Shown here piece after piece: positions 29,330 to 36,257 of a stretch of DNA of 64,000 bases; the stretch's first letter is position 1; every line of letters starts with the position of its first letter. Location: contig JAGCPD010000002.1 in NCBI GenBank assembly GCA_017645305.1, forward strand, positions 71,104 through 135,103, written 5' to 3'. A model generated the notes under the pieces. That model worked only from the letters and a program-made list of their open reading frames with translations, was not told the DNA's origin and ran no database searches. This DNA is from Bacteroidaceae bacterium. GTDB lineage: Bacteria > Bacteroidota > Bacteroidia > Bacteroidales > Bacteroidaceae. The position numbers and the translations under genes were made by a program.

Positions 29330-29365
29330 AATCGCTGCGAAGTTACAAATAAGCGGGAACAAAAC

Positions 29366-29583
29366 AAAATAAAATCCATGATTTATTTTGTATTCCGCTC
29401 ACCTACCCGTAATTTTGAGGTTGCCTCGAAATTACTTCCGCTCATGAATAAAAATAAAAGCCGTTTTATTTTGTATTCCGCTCACTTACCCGTAATTTTG
29501 AGGTTGCCTCGAAATTACTTCCGCTCATGAATAAAAATAAAAGCCGTTTTATTTTGTATTCCGCTCACTTACCCGTAATTTTG
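29366..29583 (+). repeat. 83-bp tandem repeat, ~2.5 copies, each carrying a full promoter consensus
   Basis: tttattttg anchors at 29382, 29465 and 29548 give a period of 83. The copies are near identical, with one C/T difference. Confidence 0.9.
29553..29583 (+). promoter_or_regulatory. Proximal promoter of the fucosidase gene (third repeat copy)
   Basis: TTTG (29553-56), a 19-nt spacer, then TAATTTTG (29576-83), 23 nt before the ATG at 29607. Identical boxes occur at 29410-17 and 29493-500. Confidence 0.55.
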
Positions 29584-29606
29584 CAAAAAATTAAATCAGC
29601 GTCAAT

Positions 29607-31229
29607 ATGATGAAGAATAACAGTATCCTTTTACTTTCGTTACTTTGGACATGGATGCCCGCTACTGCACAGAAGTACAAAATACCCGTATCGGAACAAC
29701 ACGAGCAGATGCAGACAGGCAAGTACGAACCTACGTGGGAATCATTAGAGACTCACCAGACACCGGAATGGTTCCGCGATGCCAAGTTCGGCATCTGGGC
29801 TCACTGGGGACCACAGTGTGTGGAAGGTTCGGGTGACTGGATGGCCCGCTCCCTTTATATGGAGGGCAGCCCGGAGTATAAATGGCACGTTGAACATTAC
29901 GGACATCCATCGGAGGTGGGTTTCAAGGACATCCTGCCACAGTTCAAAGCCGAACGCTGGGAACCCGAGAAACTGGTGGAACGATATAAACGGTGCGGTG
30001 CACAGTATTTCTTTGTTCTGGGTAACCATCATGACAATTACGACCTGTGGGACTCCAAGTATCAGCCGTGGAACTCTAAGAACATCGGTCCGCACAAAGA
30101 CATTCTGGACGAATGGGCTAAGGCTGCAAAGAAAGCCGGACTGCCGCTGGGCATCTCGTTCCATGCCGACCATGCCTGGACGTGGTACGAGCCTTCGCAG
30201 CGCTACGACCTGCAGGGCGAAAAGGCCGGCATCTGGTACGACGGGAACCTGACAAAGGAGGACGGCAAAGGCAAATGGTGGGAAGGGCTGGACCCGCAGA
30301 TGCTTTATCAGCAGAATCACCCCATGAGCCAGGGCTCGTGGGACAACGGTCGCATCCATGCACAGTGGGGATGGGAGAATGGAGCCTGTCAGCCTTCACA
30401 GCAATTCGTCACAAACTTCTACGACCGTACCCTTGATGCCATCAATCGCTATCAGCCCGACCTTATCTACTTTGACGTAACAGTACTGCCCTTCTACCCG
30501 CTAAGCGACTGCGGACTGCGCATAGCTGCACATCTTTATAACAAGAATCCTCGCGGCGTGGTGTTCGGCAAGATTCTCAGCGACGACCAACGTAAGGCGC
30601 TGACATGGGATGTGGAGCGCGGGGCACCAAACGAGATTATCCCCATTCCCTGGCAAACCTGCAACTGCATAGGCGGCTGGCACTACAACACCAGCATCTA
30701 CGAGCACGGCTATTACAAGTCGGCTGCCACCGTAGTAAAACAACTGGTGGATATTGTATCTAAGAACGGAAACCTGCTCCTGAGCATTCCCCTGCGCGCT
30801 GACGGCACTTACGACGAGAAGGAATCAAAGATACTGGATGACCTGGAAGCGTGGATGACGCAGAATGGCGAAAGCATTTTCGGCACCCGTCCGTGGATGA
30901 AGTTCGGCGAAGGACCTGTGGCTGAGAAGGACATCAAAATCAATGCCCAGGGCTTTAACGAAGGGCAGTTCTCTGCCATGGACTCCAGGGACATTCGTTT
31001 TAACCAGACAAAGCAGTATCTGTACGCCACCGCAATGGGATGGCCGTCAGACAACAGGCTGGTCATAAAATCCTTGGCCAAGGACAACAATTACTTCAAG
31101 AAGCGCATCAGCAGCGTACGGCTTCTGGGCTACGGCAAACTGAAGGTTCGCCAGACAGAAGAAGGACTTGAAGTAGAGCTGCCAAAGCCAGTAAATCAGA
31201 TTGCCCCCGTGCTGAGAATCGATAAATAA
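29607..31229 (+). CDS. Alpha-L-fucosidase (GH29)
   Basis: Signal peptide, then GH29-like wording ..EWFRDAKFGIWAHWGPQ.. and ..FVLGNHHDNYDLWDSKY... Confidence 0.85.
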   Translation: MMKNNSILLLSLLWTWMPATAQKYKIPVSEQHEQMQTGKYEPTWESLETHQTPEWFRDAKFGIWAHWGPQCVEGSGDWMARSLYMEGSPEYKWHVEHYGHPSEVGFKDILPQFKAERWEPEKLVERYKRCGAQYFFVLGNHHDNYDLWDSKYQPWNSKNIGPHKDILDEWAKAAKKAGLPLGISFHADHAWTWYEPSQRYDLQGEKAGIWYDGNLTKEDGKGKWWEGLDPQMLYQQNHPMSQGSWDNGRIHAQWGWENGACQPSQQFVTNFYDRTLDAINRYQPDLIYFDVTVLPFYPLSDCGLRIAAHLYNKNPRGVVFGKILSDDQRKALTWDVERGAPNEIIPIPWQTCNCIGGWHYNTSIYEHGYYKSAATVVKQLVDIVSKNGNLLLSIPLRADGTYDEKESKILDDLEAWMTQNGESIFGTRPWMKFGEGPVAEKDIKINAQGFNEGQFSAMDSRDIRFNQTKQYLYATAMGWPSDNRLVIKSLAKDNNYFKKRISSVRLLGYGKLKVRQTEEGLEVELPKPVNQIAPVLRIDK

Positions 31230-31235
31230 TCCGTT

Positions 31236-31448
31236 AACGATTAGCGGTTAGCGAAGTTTAACCAAAACGATAACCAAAACGAAAACCGTTTTAGACTTTA
31301 GGCGTTAGACTTTAGACTTTAGTAACGAGAACGAAAATTATTTTGGGTTAGTGGTTAGCGGTTAGCGAAATAATTGTTCATTGTTAATTGTTCATTGTTA
31401 ATTGTTCATTATTAATTGTTCATTATTAATTGTTCATTATTAATTGTT
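31236..31448. repeat. Largest mosaic array: GGTTAGC, AACCAAAACGAT, AGACTTT units and (TTGTTCATTGTTAA/TTGTTCATTATTAA)x5
   Basis: Read directly. It fills the whole 226-nt gap between 31229 and 31456. Confidence 0.95.
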
Positions 31449-31455
31449 TTAAAAA

Positions 31456-32310
31456 ATGATCAAAGAATATCTGGTACTGAGCCGATGCAACGGAACCACC
31501 CGAACAGGCTCGCCGTATGCAGTACTTAAAGTTGCCAACCTGATAGAGACAATAAACATCTCAGTGTGGGACCTGCAGCCCACGGCAGAGCCCAAAGTCG
31601 GGCAACTGGTAAGTTTCTATGCCATAAAAGACAATGCAGGAAAGAAATCCTGCTCCGTAACCGACATGAAGCCCGGGCTGATGCCGCTGTTGGACCACCC
31701 CCTGTATAATCTGCTCCCCCGCCCTATTCGCAGGGATGTGTGGGACAATACCATAAACGCACTTGTTGCCTTCTGCTCAGACCAAAGCCTCATCCCCATT
31801 ATCCGCGATTTTGCCGACAAGCTATACGCTCCTTATAGCAAATATCCGGCAGCTACCAGCGTACATCACGCTTTCCCCGGCGGTCTCACAAACCACACCT
31901 ACCAGATGCTGCACATGCTGGAAGGCCTGTACCCTTGCCTGCCCTATGAGATAAAGATAGAACGCTGCATACTGGCCATCCTGTTCCATGACTACGGAAA
32001 AGTCTATGAGTACAATACGGAAGGTGAATCGCAGGCCGACATGTACCTGCTGGGACACATCTTTATCAGCGCACATAAGTTGCAGAACGTACTGGAGCAG
32101 CAGGGTATTGACAACGAGGAAATCAAGCGCATCATACACATTGTACTGGCTCATCACGGGACACGGGAGTTCGGCAGCCCCGTTCTACCCTGTACTCAGG
32201 AAGCCGTCATTGTAAATATGCTTGACAATCTGAGTGCCAAGACAGATGCCATAGAGGGTACGGGAGATATGGAAGCGTGCTCCCCCTTAGGAACCCGTAT
32301 AGTTAAGTAA
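31456..32310 (+). CDS. OB-fold plus HD-domain phosphohydrolase (YhaM-like 3'-5' exonuclease architecture)
   Basis: The N-terminal ~80 aa look OB-like. HD-domain residues are ..HHAFPGGL..HT.. and ..LFHDYGK.. ..LAHHG... Confidence 0.65.
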   Translation: MIKEYLVLSRCNGTTRTGSPYAVLKVANLIETINISVWDLQPTAEPKVGQLVSFYAIKDNAGKKSCSVTDMKPGLMPLLDHPLYNLLPRPIRRDVWDNTINALVAFCSDQSLIPIIRDFADKLYAPYSKYPAATSVHHAFPGGLTNHTYQMLHMLEGLYPCLPYEIKIERCILAILFHDYGKVYEYNTEGESQADMYLLGHIFISAHKLQNVLEQQGIDNEEIKRIIHIVLAHHGTREFGSPVLPCTQEAVIVNMLDNLSAKTDAIEGTGDMEACSPLGTRIVK

Positions 32311-32335
32311 CCAAGGTTTAATCACTAAATTACCT

Positions 32336-34426
32336 ATGAAACGATTTTCCTTACTGTTTGCGGCCATTACCTGCGCCGCTATGACATGGGCAGATGTAAC
32401 GCTGCCCGGATGGATGACCGCCAACATGGTCCTACAGCAGAGAACCAAAGTTCACCTACAGGCTACAGCCAAGAAAGGTGCCACCGTGAAGATTACCACT
32501 TCATGGGACAAGAATACCACGAAGGTGGTGGCAGACAAGGAGACGGGAGCCTTTGAGTTCGACCTTCAAGTGCCCTCTGCAGGAGGACCCTACACGCTGA
32601 CTTTCGACGATGGTAAGAAGCTCGTCCTTGAGAATGTGATGGCTGGTGAGGTATGGTTCTGTAGCGGTCAGTCCAACATGGAGATGCCCGTCAAGGGATG
32701 GGGAATGGTGAACAACTACGAACAGGAAGTGGCCAATGCCAAACACCCTATGGTCCGTCTGTTCCAAGTGGAGCGTGTGGTGGCTCACACCCCTCAGACC
32801 AAGGTGCCTCTGGGCTATACTAAAGGCTGGGTAGAATGTTCGCCCGAGACGGTGGGTGAGTTTTCCGCTGCCGCTTATTTCTTTGCTCGCGAGGTGTCAC
32901 AGAAGTTAGGCATCGCCATAGGTGTTGTCAACAGTTCATGGGGTGGCACTCCTGCTGAGAGTTGGGTCAGTCTGGATAAGTTGCAGGGCGTGATAGGATT
33001 TCAGGAGCACGCCAAGAGAGCTTTTGCTACTGGCTTTGATGAAAAGAAGTTAAACCAGCTCTATCAGGACGAACGTGCCGAATGGATGCAGGAAGTCTAT
33101 AATAGCGACCAAGGGCTTGAGAAAGGGAATATCGACAAAGCACTATGGGCTGCCATAGACTATAACGATAGCGGTTGGGAACAAATAACTGAGCCCGCTC
33201 TTTGGAAAAAGGACAATGTTCTGAAGGACTTCGACGGCATTGTATGGATGCGTCATACAGTGGAGATTCCTGCATCGATAGCCGGTAAGGACCTGAAGTT
33301 GAATCTTGGTGCCATCGACGACGAAGACATTACCTATTGGAACGGACAGCGCGTAGGGATGACATCTGGTTGGAATGCGGGTCGTAGCTATACCGTGCCA
33401 GGCAACCTGGTAAAGGCCGGCAAGAATGTAATTACCATTCGTATCAACGATACAGGCGGAGACGGTGGCTTCTACATTGAGGGGAAGGATTTCAATGCAA
33501 AGGCAGATGCCACAAGCATTTCTCTTGCCGGCAACTGGAGTTGGAAGGCGAGTATGGATGCTGCCAGCATAAAAAAGCCCGCGAATATGACAGAACCCAT
33601 AGCACCCAATAGCTCATGGTATCCTGCCGGTCTGTACAACAGCATGGTGGCTCCGTTCCTGACGATGCCTGTCCGTGGTTTCCTGTGGTATCAGGGTTGT
33701 TCCAACGTGGGACGTGCCGTGCAATACGAGAGCCTCTTCCAGGCATTGATACTGGACTGGCAGGCTCGCTTCAACAAGAACTCCGAGGTGGCTCCCTACC
33801 CCAAGCCAGAGCCTCAGGACAACCGTCGCAGATGGATGCAGCCCACAGAATCCAAAGCACTACCCTTCTATTTTGTTCAGTTGGCCAACTATCTTCAGCG
33901 CAAAGACCTGCAGCCTCAGTCTGGCTGGGCTGCACTACGCGATGTCCAGCGCAAGGCACAGAAGCTGGATGGCGTAGGTATGATGGTGAATATTGACATC
34001 GGTATGGCAAACGACATCCATCCCAAGAACAAGCAAGAGGTGGGAAGGCGTCTGGCACTATTGGCTTTGAATCGTACATACGGACGCGAGGAGCCTTGCA
34101 GCGCCCCTGAGTACATGCAGATGCAAGTCAGCGACGGTAAGGCACGTCTCTCCTTCCTGCCCGGCTTTGGCAACGATATGTTAGCGGAGAACACAGACAT
34201 CAAGGGCTTCTCTGTTGCCGGTCCCGATCACCAGTGGCATGTGGCAAAAGCCCATACCGAAGGTAACGGCCAGTTCGTATGGCGTGTAGTAGTGGAGTGC
34301 CCCGAAGTGCCGCATCCTGTGGCTGTTCGCTATGCATGGGCAGACAATCCCGAGTGTAACCTCAAGACCGTTTCCGGACTGCCTGTGGGACCTTTCCGCA
34401 CCGACGACTGGGATGACATAAAGTAA
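32336..34426 (+). CDS. Sialate O-acetylesterase family (SGNH/SASA) protein
   Basis: Signal peptide, with the catalytic block WFCSGQSNME. Confidence 0.8.
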   Translation: MKRFSLLFAAITCAAMTWADVTLPGWMTANMVLQQRTKVHLQATAKKGATVKITTSWDKNTTKVVADKETGAFEFDLQVPSAGGPYTLTFDDGKKLVLENVMAGEVWFCSGQSNMEMPVKGWGMVNNYEQEVANAKHPMVRLFQVERVVAHTPQTKVPLGYTKGWVECSPETVGEFSAAAYFFAREVSQKLGIAIGVVNSSWGGTPAESWVSLDKLQGVIGFQEHAKRAFATGFDEKKLNQLYQDERAEWMQEVYNSDQGLEKGNIDKALWAAIDYNDSGWEQITEPALWKKDNVLKDFDGIVWMRHTVEIPASIAGKDLKLNLGAIDDEDITYWNGQRVGMTSGWNAGRSYTVPGNLVKAGKNVITIRINDTGGDGGFYIEGKDFNAKADATSISLAGNWSWKASMDAASIKKPANMTEPIAPNSSWYPAGLYNSMVAPFLTMPVRGFLWYQGCSNVGRAVQYESLFQALILDWQARFNKNSEVAPYPKPEPQDNRRRWMQPTESKALPFYFVQLANYLQRKDLQPQSGWAALRDVQRKAQKLDGVGMMVNIDIGMANDIHPKNKQEVGRRLALLALNRTYGREEPCSAPEYMQMQVSDGKARLSFLPGFGNDMLAENTDIKGFSVAGPDHQWHVAKAHTEGNGQFVWRVVVECPEVPHPVAVRYAWADNPECNLKTVSGLPVGPFRTDDWDDIK

Positions 34427-34443
34427 TTGAGGATTATAAAAAA

Positions 34444-34472
34444 GAGGCAGACTTGAAATCCAAGTCTGCCTC
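34444..34472. terminator. Strong hairpin, T-tract on the minus strand
   Basis: 12-bp stem GAGGCAGACTTG / CAAGTCTGCCTC with a 5-nt loop. It is preceded on the plus strand by A7, which is T7 after the hairpin on the minus strand. A second 8-bp hairpin lies at 34473-34503. Confidence 0.65.
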
Positions 34473-34543
34473 GTAGAGGCCGGCTCCCGAAAGCAGCCTC
34501 TACAGGGTTTTCAAGGCATCCGTGCAGAGCCCCGAGTCGCTAT

Positions 34544-34647
34544 ATTTTCCCAATTTTCTACTCAATTCCGAGCTAAAAATTCACAAGGGGAGAAACTTTT
34601 TTTTGGCAAAAAAAGAGGAAATCTGTCGAGAAACGCCTGTCAAATCA
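34544..34647 (+). repeat. Direct repeat copy A (~100 bp) flanking the ATPase gene
   Basis: attttcccaattttctactcaattCcgagctaaaaattcacaagGggagaaac(t)n ggcaaaaa..gaggaaatCtgtcgagaa...caaatca aligns with 36105-36204, with a handful of mismatches and indels. Confidence 0.9.
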
Positions 34648-34700
34648 CGGGGTGCGTAAAGGTCAAAGGGCTTGCGGTAATGGTTTATTGGCACTCTGTT

Positions 34701-35957
34701 CTATTCCAGAAGCCATTTCCACGCAGGAATAACTTCGATGGCACTATTCTCAAGCCTGATGGTTTCTTCCTCATCAAAGGTTACAATAACCATACGTTTC
34801 AACGGATGAAGGGCGTGCAGTTTCCTTAATCCCTCAATCTCACGTCTTCTGGTTTCCTCATCATTGATGGAGTATGAGACCTGCACGGCATACCCTTCTT
34901 CTGCAACGAAGAAATCCACCTCCACGTTCTTATGATAGAAATATAGTCCCTCTCCATATTTCGAATAAAGGTGTACGGCACACAAATTCTCTAAAAGCGC
35001 CGTCTCGCCATCTGTCAAGAAAATACTCAGCAGACCGTTATCCATGAAATAATGCTTCTTGACTGTTTCTTTCTCAACGAATTTCGAGGCATAGTTTTCC
35101 AGAGGAAATAGGATACAAGCCTCTTTGGCATAACGTACATAATCAATGACTGATGCCACCGAAGTACTTACGCCTGTTCCCTTCACCAAATTACAAACTC
35201 TATTATAGGATGTAGGCTGCATCACATTGTCCGCCAGACGTTTTATGGTCAGACGGAGAGCCATTTCGTTTTTCACCTTGTTACGCTGAATCACATCACC
35301 AAGCAGGATTTTCTCGTAGAGATCATTGAGCCAGTGACGCTTGTTCCGGTAAAGCAATAACTCTGGGAATCCACCCCACTTCAGATATTCAGCAAAAGCC
35401 TGCTGAACTTTAGAACGCGATTTCCCAAACTGCCATTCCTTTGTCAATCGGACACCTTGAGCCTCAAGATATTCTATAAACGAATAGGGATATACCTTTA
35501 CGTCCATATATCTGCCCCCAAGCGTAGTCTGTATATCCCTGCTCAGCATTTTGGCATTGCTACCAGTGATAAATACCTGATATTTCTGATTAGCGAGCCG
35601 ACGGGCAAAATGTTCCCATCCCTCCACATTCTGTATTTCATCAAAAAAGAGAATAGGCTTATAACTGTAAACGGAACTATGGGCTTGCAAAATCAAATCG
35701 AATTCACCGGCCGTCATTCCCAACAGACGCTCATCATCGAAATCAATATATACTATTTCTTCCGGTTGGTGTCCATTGGCCAATAGTTGTTTGGCTCGTT
35801 TGTAGAGCATATAGCTTTTCCCTGCCTGCCTAACGCCAACAAGCACATATCGTCCATTCCCCTCAAATTCGAAACGACGATCATAGAGTTCCACTTCTCT
35901 AATAATCTCCTGGCCTTCCCTGATGAGCGTTCTGAAAGTTTCCTTAGTAATAGCCAT
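34701..35957 (-). CDS. AAA+ ATPase of the AAA_14/DUF4143 family
   Basis: 418 aa with Walker A GVRQAGKS and Walker B-like LFFDEIQ. The C-terminal half fits DUF4143-type proteins. Confidence 0.8.
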   Translation of the reverse strand: MAITKETFRTLIREGQEIIREVELYDRRFEFEGNGRYVLVGVRQAGKSYMLYKRAKQLLANGHQPEEIVYIDFDDERLLGMTAGEFDLILQAHSSVYSYKPILFFDEIQNVEGWEHFARRLANQKYQVFITGSNAKMLSRDIQTTLGGRYMDVKVYPYSFIEYLEAQGVRLTKEWQFGKSRSKVQQAFAEYLKWGGFPELLLYRNKRHWLNDLYEKILLGDVIQRNKVKNEMALRLTIKRLADNVMQPTSYNRVCNLVKGTGVSTSVASVIDYVRYAKEACILFPLENYASKFVEKETVKKHYFMDNGLLSIFLTDGETALLENLCAVHLYSKYGEGLYFYHKNVEVDFFVAEEGYAVQVSYSINDEETRRREIEGLRKLHALHPLKRMVIVTFDEEETIRLENSAIEVIPAWKWLLE

Positions 35958-35977
35958 ATTCTTCTTTTATTTTGCTG

Positions 35978-36008
35978 CAAATATACGATTTTATTCAACG
36001 CTACCAAA
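35978..36008 (-). promoter_or_regulatory. Promoter of the ATPase gene
   Basis: The minus strand reads TTTG (36008-05), a 19-nt spacer, then TATATTTG (35985-78), 20 nt upstream of the ATG. Confidence 0.5.
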
Positions 36009-36104
36009 CAAAATTCAAAGATTTTATTCAGTATCACTAAACAAATACATCAAAAACAAGGATTTTCTTGTAACATTTACGGCTCCACAATGGGCGGTAC
36101 GAAA

Positions 36105-36204
36105 ATTTTCCCAATTTTCTACTCAATTACGAGCTAAAAATTCACAAGAGGAGAAACTTTTTTTGGCAAAAAGAGGAAATGTGTCGAGAACTCCCGCCAA
36201 ATCA
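36105..36204 (+). repeat. Direct repeat copy B
   Basis: See copy A. It has the same orientation and lies 1561 bp away. Confidence 0.9.
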
Positions 36205-36257
36205 TTATTTCTATAATCAGTCTTTTCAATCTTGACCCCATAGAAAACTCGACACTC

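Noticed and set aside
29105-29530. 141-aa ORF spanning the membrane-protein start and the 83-bp repeats.
   Set aside because: It reads through tandem promoter repeats and is antisense to a real gene start, so it is a repeat-generated artefact.
29366-29583. Possible CRISPR array (83-bp repeats), and likewise the heptamer arrays.
   Set aside because: The units abut directly with no unique spacers, the unit sizes are wrong, and there are no cas genes in the window.
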